Assembly (NCBI RefSeq): GCF_006345805.1
Contig: NC_043009.1
Coordinates: forward strand, 38,626,001 to 38,690,000
DNA length: 64,000 bases
Direction: 5' to 3'
DNA from: Octopus sinensis
Lineage: Eukaryota
Under the pieces are notes generated by a model. It did not search any database and had not been told where the DNA came from. It saw nothing but the letters and a program-made list of their open reading frames with translations. Each line of letters begins with the position of its first letter. Positions within the stretch are counted from its first letter, which is position 1. Below, in pieces: positions 15,472 through 30,110 of the stretch. The position numbers and the translations under genes were made by a program.

Positions 15472-15860
15472 CTATTTCTTTATTGCCCACAAGGGGCTAA
15501 ACATAGAGGGGACAAACAAAGACAGACAAATGGATTAAGTCGATTACATCGACCCCAGTGCGTAACGGGTATTTATTTAATCGACCCCGAAAGAATGAAA
15601 GGCAAAGTCGACCTCGGCAGAATTTGAACTCAGAACCTAACGGCAGACGAAATACCTATTTCTTTACTACCCACATGGGGCTAAACACAGAGAGGACAAA
15701 CAAGGACAGATACACGGATTAAGTCGATTATATCAACCCCAGTGCGTAAATGGTACTTATTTAATCGACCCCGAAAGGATGAAAGGCAAAGTCGACCTCG
15801 GCGGAATTTGAACTCAGAACGTAACGGCATGCTAACGATTCTGCCCACTCACTGCCTGGT
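15472..15860 (-). mobile_element. SINE family A (gaggtcgactttgcctttcatcctttcggggtcgat core), partial dimer
   Basis: Reverse complement of the element at 46705-46935; two head-truncated units. Confidence 0.85.
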
Positions 15861-17379
15861 ACAAGGGACGTTTCTGCTCTACGATTTACTTCAATGTATT
15901 TTGTACGATTCTATTATACCTTGAAGAAAGCATCATTTGTCCCTTTCATACAAAATATCATATAGCAACTCGAATGTTATGCAGCTGTCTGCATTAGTAA
16001 AACCGCAAGTAAGCATATATTCAGAATGTTTGTAAATAAATCTGAAAGAAAACTGACATGTGTTCCTGTAATCTAAAAAGATATCTTTATGTACAATACA
16101 ATGAACGGATTAAAGTTAACTTATTTGCGTAAATGACTACAAGAAGTCACAATTTAAATACGGCAGTATTAAAATTTGAAATATAATACCATTATACCAC
16201 ATCGAATTCAACTTCATGCCACACTGAATTACGTTCCAATTTCACTTCTGGAGAACCGATTCTGTCACTAGATCGTTTCACGTTCTCTCTCCTCTAGTCT
16301 TGTTATATAAATTATAAGATATGTGCTTTCTATAATTGCATAAACCTTATAATTTTCCAAATACTGAGATTATATAATCATCGTTCGTATGAAAAATAAA
16401 GGGCCTCTTGTTTTGATACAAACAGACGCATAAATGCAACATCCATTTTTAGCTATTTACGTATATTGCCTCTGTCTTCTCTCTCGTGCGTTTCTTATCA
16501 ATGTCTTTCTGCATTCAGTTATGCATAGCAGAATATTACAATGGAAGACATGTTGGTTCGACAGTGATGAACTCAAGAACATTTATCTCAGCTCGTTTTA
16601 GATTTATCGTCATTTTTGAGTGCAAGTGACTGGTTTCGAGCTATGTAAGACGCCATCATAAGTACTGGTACTAAACAAATCCCCACAGCCTATTGCTTTT
16701 CTTTGAGTCGTTGGTCTTAAATGCCATCAAGTTAACATAACCACCTGATTTAATTTTGGATGCGTTTCACAAAGTTCACTTTATTGCATCTATCCCTATA
16801 TAGTATCAGTAATTGCTTCAGAGAACAGTACAAAATTGTTTTGTATCGAAAGTCCTCAACAAAAGCTCTCACAACATCCCTAAAATTATGGGTAACACTT
16901 CAGAGTATTTCCCTATCAACTGCCTAATAAATACCGATTCTTCTACACACTAGAGCACGTCTGCTGGTCCAGCTAATACAAGACCCTCCCAGAGTCCAGC
17001 ATTACTTAATCAAAAGGTACTATCGATTCATAGGCTCAAGGTTCTGTATTATGTGTTACTTTCTGGAAACAATATGAAAGTCTAACAAGCAATACATATT
17101 AATATGCTCGATAATTCTCCTACTTTACATCTGAAATTCAATCTAATCTTTATCACAAAACACTAATCTTAGAGACACATTTCCTATTCGCTGTACTCAG
17201 CCTATTTCACATTCCAATGCTCTATAGTCCGCTTCTTATTGGAAGATATCTGATTTTACCTAAAAGTCACTCTCACCTCTTTCATTTAGTTTTCAACATT
17301 CTGTTCCTTGACCCTTTGGATTTACCTGCTCTTCCGAGAGATCATGGTAAAATAGCTGGTAATCGGACAAGTTTGAGGA

Positions 17380-18260
17380 AATCTATCTGAACTCTATCTG
17401 AACCTTCAAGTGAAGTCATTATCTTCTGTGAATTCAGAGGACGCTCGCATTCCTAAATGCAAAAGGCTAATCGTCTGCTATTCTAAATTGACTTTATTAG
17501 GACCTTTACTAACCGTTTACCTGATCAAGACAATGTTTCCCCAGACTCTATTGATCTCTTCATTAGCTCTAAATCCATCTTCTCTTTGGTAATTCTTTTA
17601 TAAACAATACATCTTAGAACAGTTGCTTCTCCCAACGATTCTGTTTCAACTACACTTGGTAGTAAATGCGTTTCATCCTTAACACACCACCCAAAAGAGC
17701 TAAGAGAGTAACTGAACCTAATCTACTGTGTATGTGACTCAGAACGTAGCGGCAGACGAAATACCTATTTCTTAACTACCCACAAGGGGCTAAACACAGA
17801 GAGGACAAACAAGGAGAGACAAACGGATTAAGTCGATTGTATCGACCCAAGTGCGTAACTGGTACTTAATTTATCAACCCCGAAAGGATGAAAGGACGAA
17901 AGGCAAAGTCGACCTCGGTGGAATTTGAACTAAGAACTTAACGGCAGACGAAATACCCCTAAGCATTTCGCCCGGCATGCTACCGTTTCTGCCAGCTCGC
18001 TGTCTTAACAAGAGATATCTTCTCTCTGTTTCTTGTTCAGCACGACAACAGCATCTCAGCCTACCCTTCTACATGAGCTTATCAGACACACGTTGTTTTT
18101 CTTCCTATCGTAGCCACCGTATCTTGAATCCTGATATCGCTCACCGTAGAATTTACCCAATGGTACCTCAATAGCAAAGCAACTATTGAAAGTTATTACA
18201 CTAAACACGTGTTTTCCTACAGATATAGACGTGCAGAAAGCTGGAACTAAAGATTAGCCA
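17380..18260 (+). pseudogene. Highly decayed LINE APE-endonuclease remnant, interrupted by a SINE
   Basis: Broken-frame peptides SEVIIFCEF and TNRLPDQDNVSPDSIDLFISS resemble the ILGDFN and PTR..LDLF motifs of CR1/Jockey-type endonucleases. Confidence 0.4.
17736..18000 (-). mobile_element. SINE family A, partial dimer
   Basis: Same core as the other family A copies. Confidence 0.85.
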
Positions 18261-18339
18261 TTAAGAACTGGCTAATATTGGATAGCCTCCCAGAGCTATA
18301 GGCGTTTTGGTTTTTCATTCTCTGAGTATGTGGCTTACA

Positions 18340-18568
18340 CATACATATATACACCCACATACATACACACACTCACACACACATACGCACACATACATAC
18401 ACACATACAAACACATACATACATACATACATACGCATGTGTAGCTATGTATGTGTGACGTGCATGTGTATATACATGTTTGTATATTACGTATGAATAA
18501 GAATGTAGACATATATGTACGTGTTATGTGAGTGTGTATGTAAGTTGGTAGACACACATACACATACA

Positions 18569-18608
<40 letters not shown>

Positions 18609-18833
18609 ACACACCACATATTTCCTGATGGCAACTAATACGGCACCTGTCTGCAAAGACACCCAAGAGTCAGAAAAGCTAAGATGTGACTGCCGCCATG
18701 TATACATACATACATACATACATACATACGTTTGTACATACATACATTATGTATATATGTGTACACATATATGTGTATACATGTATATACATGTATATAT
18801 GTATATATACACACGCATACGTATGTATATATA

Positions 18834-18913
<80 letters not shown>

Positions 18914-19288
18914 CACATATGCAGATACCAGTAAGCAAGCATTAATTATGCTACATAACTTGGGGGAATTTAAGGAGAAATATCGTTGCAGAAACAAATG
19001 CTGTACATCATTAATTTTGATATAGAGAAAATTACAGTTTATTTTGCTGAAAGACTTATAAAATAAGTAAATTTTATAAGCACACAGCATACAAGCACAA
19101 GCACGTGCTCACATACAGAAATATACATATTGAAATGCACAAGCACACACACACACATCACTATCACTTTCTATCTTGCCATGCATACTTTGTTTTCTTC
19201 GTCACTCTTTAACACGGAATACCTAATATAACTTCATCTCCCTCTGTCTGTCTTTCTGTCTGTCTGTCTCTCTGTCTGTCTGTCTATC

Positions 19289-19336
<48 letters not shown>

Positions 19337-19337
19337 A

Positions 19338-19393
<56 letters not shown>

Positions 19394-19502
19394 GTACATA
19401 TCTCTACTTATCAATCTATATATGATTCTACTTACCTATATATTTCACTCTCAATTTATGCATTAACTCGCATTGTATGAATGTATATATATGCATGTAT
19501 CC

Positions 19503-19582
<80 letters not shown>

Positions 19583-19632
19583 GTCTATCTATCTGTCTAT
19601 CTCTGCATCCGTCTATCTGTTTATGCATGTAT

Positions 19633-19708
<76 letters not shown>

Positions 19709-19715
19709 GTATTTA
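18340..19715. repeat. (CA)/(TACA)/(TA) tracts followed by (TATC)n arrays
   Basis: TATC arrays at ~19245-19395 and 19500-19715. Confidence 0.85.
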
Positions 19716-20137
19716 TCTGCCATTCTACCTAAATATCTGTGCCACACATACAAGCAGATGTGCTTAAGAGCAATCATGCGTTTTCATTCACTTTATATAA
19801 CTGACATACAATAATATATTTACAGCAACAACAGTCTTGCTATCATATCAATAATCCATTTAATAGCTTCTGCTGTGTTTCTAGCTATTATATTGAATCA
19901 TATCTCTGTTTTATGCGGTATTATAGCGACTTTTCAGAATTAGTCTCCAAACCTAAACACGTTATAACACAAATTTGCTTACACGCTGCCTTTTATTTTT
20001 GTTATTTTTGTTTATTTGTTTTCTTGGTAACTCATAATATTGTTTCTCCCACAACCAGTCTCCATAAATTCATTATTATTATTTTAGGTGGACACAAACT
20101 CGCATAAAAACAGTTACACACAAACATACACTCATAT

Positions 20138-20182
<45 letters not shown>

Positions 20183-20465
20183 AACATGTATACATATACA
20201 TATATGTGTACATACAACACACACACACACACATATATATGTGTGTGTGCGCCAGTGTGTATGTTGGTATATATATATATATGTGTATGTGTGTGTGTGT
20301 GTGCACATGCCTCTCTGTGTGTATGCGTGTTTTCATACGACTATACGTTTCCATGTGTTGCTTTCCCTTAATAGTCGATGTAAAACCTCCATTGTTTATA
20401 ATTCGTTTGAGTATTGTCTTTCATTCGTTGTCTTTCTGGCAATAAAAATGAATTATTATCATAAA

Positions 20466-20496
<31 letters not shown>

Positions 20497-20789
20497 TATT
20501 ATTTATTATTTTTGTCATCATCATCGTCATCATCTTTATTATAGTGAATTGGTAAAATTTTTAGAGCGCCGTATAAAATATTTACCGGCATTTCTTTTGG
20601 CGTTTTACGTTCTGAAACCCATTTCGACTTCGCCTTCCATCTCCCCAGACACGCTAAAATACTGCCCCGTTTTTGGTAATGCATTCGATGTAATAGACTT
20701 TCTCTCCTCTCCCGAAAATTCCTGGTCTATGTGCCAAAATGTGAAACCATCAAGTGATCATGAGAGAAACCATCATGAGAGAATACTTC

Positions 20790-22285
20790 GTTTGTACAGG
20801 AGTAGACAATACAGATAAAATCAGTGAGTTTGCAACTAGGTTCTTGTAGTCCGTATTAAGTCGCAGCGATTTCTGTCGCTGAACTGAGGGGTGAACGTGT
20901 TCGAAGTCTGGTTCGGACCAAGTTGCCAGTCAGATAGTAGCTGGCGAAAGGTAACGAGCAGAGTTGTCAATCTCATGAAAAAATGGAAGCTGTCTATGAA
21001 AGGTATGATGGAAGTATCGAATGCATACATAACCTCAGTGGCGTACTACCGCCTGACCGTCGTACCTTGTCCCAAAAGTAGGCTGACTAGTTTGGAGTGC
21101 GTTCTTTTCTGATTCTTATGAAAGAGTTAGATTTCGCTAGTCAAGATTCCATCTGCCGTCAGCTCCCATTCTGTGGTGATCTCGGAAGGCCGTCCTTGTT
21201 GATGCACCGGCAACCGCTGATGCTCACTCATCTGCATCTGGATTACTTCAATGATGTCAACGAAATGGAGTGCGTGTCTTTCGTGTGACGCATCATCTCC
21301 CAACTATGCTGCAAGCATGGAACAAGCGTACACTAAAAATGGGCGTTTGCCATCTAAAATATCACTATGCGCTAACATCACTGTTCCATGTGGACAAAAC
21401 CGATAGTAAGAAAAACGCTTAAGATTGCTATATAGGGTTTGTTGAGTGTATGAGCGACGATGGCCTAGGACTGAGTCTGGGCATCGATGGTCAAAGTGGT
21501 CTCTTCTGGAGGAATATTAGATAGAAAATTATGGAAAACTTCCAGAAGGCTGTTGGTAGTACTGTAGAGAAGAGAGTGAAGTATTACCTGTCAGAGGAAG
21601 GTCTACAGGTGTGGAAGCGCTAACGGCTGAACCTATCTGAAAAGCATACAGAAGGACGGAATCGTCTTGTATACAATCATTCAGTATTCGTGGAATAGCA
21701 ACTGAGGTGCATGTCCTGAGCAGTTGCTGTTTTGTGTAAGATGAACCTGGCTGTTCGCCGAGTGTAGAGCAGGGAAGAGTGAGGGAAGAAGACCTTTATC
21801 TGTTTGGTGGCTGTAGCTAAAGGAGGCTGTGTGGCGAACCCATCTGAAATGTTTGAAGACAGGCACTTTCCTATCTAACCAGGATGAGGGTAGAGAGGGA
21901 AGTGCTGTCTTCTAATGTGTCCTTCAAAAGGCAGACCAGAGTTGCAAAACTGGTAAAGCTGAACGTGCTTACCCCGAGTGTGCTTTTCTAAGTAGGAGGA
22001 AAGAAATTGGACGGAGGTATTTTCGATGCCTTGAAGACGGCAGAGTAATCCATAACATTTGTGTAGGGTTTTCTCCGAACTTACTCTAACTAGACAACTC
22101 CGCTCTTGGGGATTCTATTGAATTTATATATATTTTCTGAATTCTATGTTTATATATTTTATTATACATTTATTGTTGTGGTTATACCTGTTGTTCGATG
22201 TAAACCTCATCTTTTATGTATGTTGTATTTAGTATTTTATGTAGTTTTCAATGTTCTGGACTATTGTGTCCATTAGCAGAAATCA
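20790..22285 (+). mobile_element. Old, degenerate L1/Tx1-clade LINE 3' portion with 3' UTR
   Basis: ORF 20891-21112 (VWFGP...VTSRVV...KLSMKG...AYITSVAYYRLTVVPCP) aligns with the intact ORF 58876-60291. The C-terminal VLSSNVSFKR..VAKLVKLN matches VLSSECFKKRWVNVARMARMN. Ends in (ATC)n(ATT)n. Confidence 0.85.
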
Positions 22286-22326
22286 TCATCATCATCATCG
22301 ACATCGTCATCGTCGTCATGATCGAC

Positions 22327-22390
<64 letters not shown>

Positions 22391-22524
22391 CTTTATTATT
22401 TTCAATTGCTTGTACAGTTCTTTATCATTGCAATCTTTCATCCTACACAAGCCTGACCTTCTTACTTCTAATAATAGCGGTTCTGTGTCATTTGTAAATA
22501 CCATGCTATGTTGTTTTCTTCTGC

Positions 22525-23685
22525 TCTGATGCTGTATTCGCACCCAGTAAGTCCTCTTCCTCTGTTATCCTTGGTACATACAGTCTGTCTGTGTAAATGT
22601 TTGGGTGGAGTGTCCCATATCTAGTTACCAACTTCCTTGTATTTCTGTCTAAGCTATTTAGTTCGTCTACTCACCTTGCGATTACCCCTGCTCCATATCT
22701 AAGGAGTGAAACTGCCCAGGTGTTGATAGCTTGTACTTTTTCTGCTCAAGACTTTCACAGGCACTAACAAAGTCAGTCACGCTTTCGACCCTCTTCACAC
22801 ACATACTTGTGTGGCATATTTCCCTTTTCCCTGAGCTGGTATTCAATGCCTGATCCTGGGCAGCGATGATTAAGCTTTCAGTATTCTTTTTTAGGTCACC
22901 CTTGCTGAGCCACCCCCATAATTCTTCCCGGTTTTATAATTTGCTAGTTTCACAGTGGCACTGACCATGTAATTCCATGCCGAGTAGTGTGTCTTTTCTC
23001 TCGTTGGCTTTTCATGATCAGAATTCATAAGCACTCTCAAGTCCATTTTCAGTAAATCTTTCTGCATTAGCAGCACACTGTAGCAGGTCTTGTTTATTGT
23101 TTACCAAATATTCTGCCATATTTCTTCTTTCACTATTGATGCACTCCCGTACGCTAAGCAGCCTCTGTCCACCTTTACCTCGCTTCATGCAGAGCCTGTG
23201 TACATTCGCCTTAAGTTGGAGGGTACTATGCATTGTCATTGTCTTTCGGGTATCGCGATCGAGTTGGCTAATATCCGCTTGTGCACATTTCAGGATGGGT
23301 GCACTGTAGCAGACTACAGAAACAGCCCATATGTTGATGGGAGCCACAAGGTTCCTTGAGTTGAGTTTTAATTTCAAGAGAAGTTTGAGACGCTTGAAAT
23401 ATGCAGTTCTCATTTTAAGATACCACATCTTTTGTATTTCAATTTCCAGGTTCTTATATTTACTTAATTTGCCAAATTCCTTGACAGATATGTTTTTATC
23501 AGTGGTAACACTTCTTACATCTAATAGTCTACAAATATTTTATTCCCTGTCTTTAATAATTATATCTGGTTGATTAGCCTAGGTCATAATGTCAATGCTG
23601 AGGGGAAAATCCCAGAGTATACTGACACTTTTACCTTCAACGACTGGCTCAGGATAATGTTCATACCAGTAAGCAAGATATTATT
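22525..23685 (-). mobile_element. Mosaic of R4/Dong-like (RLE-type) non-LTR retrotransposon fragments
   Basis: Minus-strand peptides: WYEHYPEPVVEGKSVSILWDF..PDIIIKD..KLSKYKNLEIEIQKMW (RLE domain); KLNSRNLVAPINIWAVSVVCYS..LDRDTRKTMT..KKNTESLIIAAQDQALNT (post-RT region); and a second AINTWAVSLLRYG..LDRNTRKL copy. Confidence 0.8.
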
Positions 23686-23689
23686 ATTA

Positions 23690-23965
23690 TTATTATTATT
23701 ACTTTTTTTTCTTCTTTCAAATTTGCTTCCATTTCTTGCCGAGTGTCTTCCTGACTCCTAGGGCAAAGAAACTCATAGTATACATTGGTAGGCCATTAAA
23801 CCAAACTCAATAGTTCGTTCATTTTTTTTTTAAGTAAATTAAAATACATGAGCAGCAACAGTTCTCACATCGACAATCCTCTTCTCAATACGTGTGATGT
23901 ACCAGTTAAGACAATCTTTTGCACTTCTTGCAGGGATGGTAAGCCAGGGATCATTCTCTTCTACT
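23690..23965 (-). mobile_element. 3' end of an R4/Dong-like LINE with (TAA)n tail
   Basis: Minus-strand IPGLPSLQEVQKIVLTGTSHVLRRGLSM* followed by a short UTR ending in A-run plus (TAA)n. Confidence 0.7.
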
Positions 23966-23993
23966 TCTTCTTCTTCTTCTTCTCTTCTTCTTC

Positions 23994-23994
<1 letters not shown>

Positions 23995-24062
<68 letters not shown>

Positions 24063-24082
24063 TATTATTATCATTATTATTA
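23995..24082. repeat. (ATT)n microsatellite
   Basis: Direct reading; similar arrays at 20460-20540, 22283-22392 and 26160-26235. Confidence 0.9.
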
Positions 24083-25768
24083 TTCTTGTGCATGGCAGAA
24101 TTGCTTGCGGTTCCACTAACAGTGTTCTCTAAAATTAGAAACAGACTAAAGTAAGTACTAGGGTGGATATGATGCGGTAAAACCCTGAGAATCTGTCCCA
24201 GTATGGTCTTAGTTCAACACTTAATGAAACACAAGGAATGAAAGAGTAAAAAGAAAGCAATCAGAAGAACAAATCACTTAATATGCAACCGCAACAGCCA
24301 CAACAAAAACAAAATAAAAATATAAGAAAAATTAAAGAAAAAAATGAAGAAAACATGGAAACAACAATACAATAACAACACGAAAAATAACAGCAACTAC
24401 AACAGCAGAAAGAGCAGCAGTAGCAACATCAACAACAACAACTCGCAAGCACTCCTTAATTTCGCAGTTCCCCTAAAGAAGACTGTTGATGGTGTGACGT
24501 AATTATCAAACAACAAAGAAAAGTATCCACCAAGTGGCAAACTACACACGTCTACTGAGGACCAGAACAGAAGTTTGCACACACTTGCTGTTAAGAATTC
24601 CCACATGACATGAAATATTTCAAAGTGGAAACGGCCATTGCAATAGTGTAAAGGTTTCTTTGGGGCACGCCGTAAATCAGGTAGCCGAGTTATCAAGAAC
24701 ATAGACAACATCGATTCTTCCATGTAACTTAGACCCAACATATTGTTACTGAAGCGATGAGGGTGGTTTTGTTATTTGTTATTTCTTCTTCCTCACTAAA
24801 TGTATTTGTAGTCTTTCAGTAGATATTGAATATAATTTTCTTATAAAACAAGGTTCCCACCTCCTTGATTATGCGGTAAACCTAATCAGTCATTGTTGGT
24901 TTTTACGTGGTATATTATATATGTAGTTATTATTGCTTCTGGTTTTCTTTTCTCGCTTTACTAATTCACTTAACTTCTGGCTGAGAATATTATAACGAGA
25001 ACCTATTATTGTAACAGTTAGACTTTATGTCTATCTCCTTCCTTTTGGTTTTCAGCTTTGTTATTCAGCTGTGTTATTCATCTGAAGCTTCTGTAATATT
25101 ATATGTTCACTTGTTCTTTCATCCGTGTATGTTGTACGCTATTTGATTCTTTTAATTCTTGTTCGAGTTACATCTACAGATGCAATATTCGGGTACATCA
25201 TCAGTGCTGTGTCCTAGAGCCACTGTTGTTTCGGCTCTTGCAACATACCCTCTTACCTAGGTGACGTGACCAGAGTTGATCAATTCTAGCTCTTTGTTCA
25301 AGTAGCATTCTACTGACACCCACTCATCAGCTCTTTTCGGCCAGAGATACCTAGATGCTTTCTCAATGACCTCTACATTGTTCGTGATGCTTCTTCGGCT
25401 CAATTCTGTAACGCTCAGGATTCCCTAGGCATTATTCGAAGTACGAATGGTGAGCCCTCGACTATCAACTCCTACTATCAAATACTTATTCTTGCTGCAG
25501 TTCTATATTAAATCCTGGTATTTAGTTATCTTACGCTTTTGTATCTCCTCCACTTTCTTTTCCCAGAACGAATATTTGTAAGTCTGCGTGTGGTCTAACA
25601 ATCCAATCCCAGCATTTTTTTTATCTGGCTTAATATAAATGTATTTTAATAATTTTCTCTGCTTCATGTTTTCTTTCGTATATTTTCTTTGTAATTTGAC
25701 AACATGCAGAGTATTTTGATACTGTAGTCACTGCAATACATACATACATACATACATACATACATACA

Positions 25769-25828
<60 letters not shown>

Positions 25829-26159
25829 TATATATACGTCACTTCATATATTTTTTATATGTGCATATACCCGCAGTATATAGACAAATATACATATGTG
25901 CATATACATCTATACATACATGAATTTATATATATTATATATATACATATAGATAGAGATACACACACATACACACTTATGCAGTGTCTATGACATTGTT
26001 TTCTGTTGTATGTCTACATAATTCTTGGAATGTTGGTTACTGTAAGTGTCTGCAACTATATTAATTATTAACAAGTAACTCATTATTTTGCAATGTATTT
26101 CTCATTTCAATCTCTCTCCTCATTCAGTTTACCTCCCCAGATTTTTATGGTCGCTTGTA

Positions 26160-26240
<81 letters not shown>

Positions 26241-26713
26241 TATTGTTTTCTGTTGTTATGCTTTCGGGAGAGAGGACGTGTTCAGACAGTGCACTGTGCT
26301 GGATTCAAGTTACAATGTATTTATTATTATTATTACCGGAGTGTTATGCGTCATATGACGGGAAACTTTGGAATTATACTTTTGTCACCTTTGATAATAT
26401 CAGGAAATATGGCATACATACAATAATTAACTTTTATCAAATTTCTTAGTGCTTATACAAAAATGATAAAGATCAGGGCTAATTTTCAAAAGAAAGACTT
26501 CTATTATTTTCTATAATTCCCCCCGAACTATCTAGTCATTTACTCCCTTACCTCCTCCTCCTCCTCCATATCTATGATTCTTTCTCTCTCATTGAATCAT
26601 TCACAGAGGAGGAGTGAATTGCATTCCTTTAATCATTTCCCTCCACCAAGCCTAGTATGTGCGCTCGTTCTGTACATTTTATATGATCTTTTTTCTGCAT
26701 CTCTCTTTTACTT

Positions 26714-26791
<78 letters not shown>

Positions 26792-26811
26792 AATCTATCT
26801 ATCTATCTATC

Positions 26812-26866
<55 letters not shown>

Positions 26867-26886
26867 GTTCTATCTATCGTTCTATA
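26714..26886. repeat. (TATC)n microsatellite
   Basis: Direct reading. Confidence 0.95.
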
Positions 26887-27489
26887 TACATATTCATAGA
26901 TGCAAAAACTAAAGCTCGTCGTTGGACATTTTTGTCTACTTCATTTTTATAAATAACCACTTTCTTCTGTAACAACCTGTTTTCTTCGTTTAGCTTACAC
27001 GGCCACAAGAACTTTGGACAGGTGCTCGAAAAAATAAACATCATTTCAAACAAGCGAACACAGACATTTTGTGCGAAACAGCAAATAATGGCAATTTTAA
27101 CACTGACCAACAATGATATTAGCAATAGATAAAGTTACAAATATTTTTCACATTTTTTTCGCCAAAAAGGAAATTCAAACAATGAATAAACTCTCAGAAA
27201 ATATGATTTAAGTATATCATGACTTCTTTTATGTATCCTTGTGTTACGATTTTGATGAAGTAAATGGAGGGGATTTCAGTATAACTTCGAAGAGGAAGTT
27301 CAATGAAGTTCAAGTTTGGTATAAGGAAAATTGTGGTTTTCATTGATGGTAGAAAGACATATAAGACTATATGTTCAGTGTTCAATACCGGGGAAGATAC
27401 AAGGTACCAGTCTGTGTTAATGTAACACAAAGGTGACCAAATAGGCTAGGTAAAGATAAAGTCACCTTTTTGAATCATCTCCTTGTTTG

Positions 27490-27727
27490 CTCCTTCTCGA
27501 GCCAACCCTGGCTCATAAGGTCCTGTTTCCCGGTTTCCTTGGCATATAGGCTCCCCACCTGGACGAGACGCCGGTCCGTTGCAGTACTTTTATGTCAGCA
27601 GAGTGGACTGGAGCAACGTGAAGTGAAGTGTTTTGCTCAAGAATACAACGCAACACCCGGTCCAGTAATTGAAACCACAATCTTACGGTCATGAGCCCAA
27701 CACACTAAGCACTAAGCCACGCACTCC
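27490..27727 (-). mobile_element. tRNA-headed SINE family B
   Basis: Reverse complement of 36985-37230 type: A-box-like tggcttagtgg, B-box-like ggtttcgattcc, central cttgagcaaaacacttcatttcacgttgctccagtccactc. Confidence 0.85.
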
Positions 27728-28179
27728 CATTAGACGTGATCAAATGCCCGTTTCACAACTTATGGGGCACCAGAGAGCAAGAATCAAAGTTAGAGAATGT
27801 AACTGAGATATTGACCCTTGCATCCCGGTTATCTTTGCAACACTATCAAGCTCTGAGTGCCGAGGCGAACAAAGCCACATGTGAATGGGTAGGATGTACA
27901 TGGACAAGCTTAGCCTTATCTCTGTAGTTCATAGAAGCATCTTGAAGCTGCATAACAGCGTGTGATCAGAAGGGAAAGCGGTCAACTGGTATTATAGGAT
28001 AGGCAACTGAGCTTTGCACTTACGATTGTGCGTTCAGTATGAAGGTGCTTTTCTCTAAGACTTATGTTTCCCTTAGAGCTATCCTGGGGCTCACAGAATA
28101 TAATTTCCTACTGAGAAATAGATAATTTTCGCCTACACAAACGCATACACATAAACTGGCACGATGACGTGGGTTAGAT

Positions 28180-28460
28180 TTGATACGATCAACGGAACAG
28201 CCTGCTCGTGATAACGTGCAAGTGGCTGCGTACTCCACAGACATGCGTACTCTTAGTTCTCCGGATGATACAGCGTGACACAGGATGTGACAAGGCTGGC
28301 TCTTTCAAATATAAGTACTATTCATTTTTGCCAGTTGAGTGGACTGGAGCAATGTGAAATAAAGTGTCTTGCTCAAGGAGCGCAACACGTCGCCGGGAAT
28401 TGAACTCACGACCTTACGATTGTGAGCCGAATACGCCTAAATACTCGACTACGCGCCTTT
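28180..28460 (-). mobile_element. tRNA-headed SINE family C
   Basis: Alignable to 57080-57405; shares the central domain with family B but has a different tail. Confidence 0.8.
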
Positions 28461-28785
28461 ACACACATACACATACACACACATACACATGCACACACGA
28501 ACAAACAGACAGACGCCTACATACACGTGTACACACGTACACACAGAAGTGCATATGTACATTGGGGCACACACAAACGCGCATGCTCGTTCGTAAGTAC
28601 ACACACATAGACACTTACGCGTTCGTGCAAACACGTTAAAAAACATGAAACATGAATCAAATTAGGTTGGTTTCATTTGTCACATATTATTGTATCAGTG
28701 ATGGCGTCCGTACTCAATGCACTTAATTTGCCTTCGCTGCTCGACACATAGATGACGGAAGAGGTAGACAAATAGAAATAGATAA

Positions 28786-28816
<31 letters not shown>

Positions 28817-29101
28817 TGAAAAAGAGAGAGAGAGGAAGAAGGAGAAAGAGAAGACAAGTGCATGGCAATAGAAATGGACCGTAAAAAGGCAGTATATTGG
28901 AAGTCAGTCAATCATCAGTAAAAAGCCATTCATACGAATTTCTGAGAAGCCATATTACAACAAGTTGCTAGAAATGAAATCATGTGACTAAGATTGGATC
29001 AACGTAAACTGGTACCAAACTACTTACTAAGACACGTGGTCTAATTGAACACCTATACTTGAAGAATGCTACATACATACATGCATACATGCATAAAGAC
29101 A

Positions 29102-29135
<34 letters not shown>

Positions 29136-29415
29136 CATACATGCATAGATACATATATACATGCAAGCACTCATACCGATACACATATTTATACATACAA
29201 CTTTGCAAACTGTTGCACTATCACACCGTTTCACTTTATTACTGTATCAGTTGTTGAACTGAACACAGATAAACGACTGAATACAGTTAGATAGGTAAGC
29301 TGTAATTAGACAGATAGGTAGATTGATTGATAAATCAATAGATAGATAGGTGGATAGCTGACATATGCATACATACACACACACACTCACATACATACAT
29401 ACATATATACATACA

Positions 29416-29446
<31 letters not shown>

Positions 29447-29447
29447 G

Positions 29448-29486
<39 letters not shown>

Positions 29487-29642
29487 TTATAATAATAACA
29501 ATATTAGGGAGTAAATCCAAACTTACAGGGAAAAATTAGATTTAGGATTAAATCTAATTTTACAGTATAAATATATTTTATTTGCCTAATAGTGGTTTTA
29601 TCTCTAATTTAATATATATATATATTTATATATATATATATA

Positions 29643-29860
29643 TTTCTTTACTACCCACAGCGGGCTAAACACAGAGGGGACTAACAAGGACAGACAAACG
29701 GATTAAGTCGTTTACATGGACCCCAGTGCGTAACTGGTACTTATTTAATCGACCCCGAAAGGATGAAAGGCAAAGTCGACCTCGGCGGATTTTGAACTCA
29801 GAGCGTAACTGTAGACGAAATACCGATAAGCATTTCGCCCTGCGAGCTAACGATTCTGCT
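29643..29860 (-). mobile_element. SINE family A
   Basis: Shared core. Confidence 0.85.
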
Positions 29861-29889
29861 CCTACTTCTTCACTCTCCTGTGTGACCCT

Positions 29890-30110
29890 TCTGTTAGGCA
29901 GTCGCCATGATAGATCGGTAGCCACTACACACATTTTTTTCTCTCCTTGTTTCTTTCTGCGTTTATTTCTGTTTAAGAGCGTAGGCTCGAAACGTAAAAG
30001 ATTTTTTCAATTCCCGAGCGTTATACTAGTACATCTGTTTATTTTCTACACCTGTTTGTTTTCTGCACGTGCCTTCGTCTTTTGTTTTTTTCGCGAATTC
30101 TCCCTATATA
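29890..30110 (+). mobile_element. PLE-type terminal-repeat fragment with degenerate minimal hammerhead (29966-29999)
   Basis: ctgttta-a-GAGC-gtag-GCTC-GAAA-CGTA-aaa: same layout as the motif at 53259-53293 but with a mutated core. Confidence 0.5.

Noticed and set aside
24420-25620. GC-richer stretches that look coding
   Set aside because: Multiple stops in all frames; only faint LINE-like peptides, too weak to assign.
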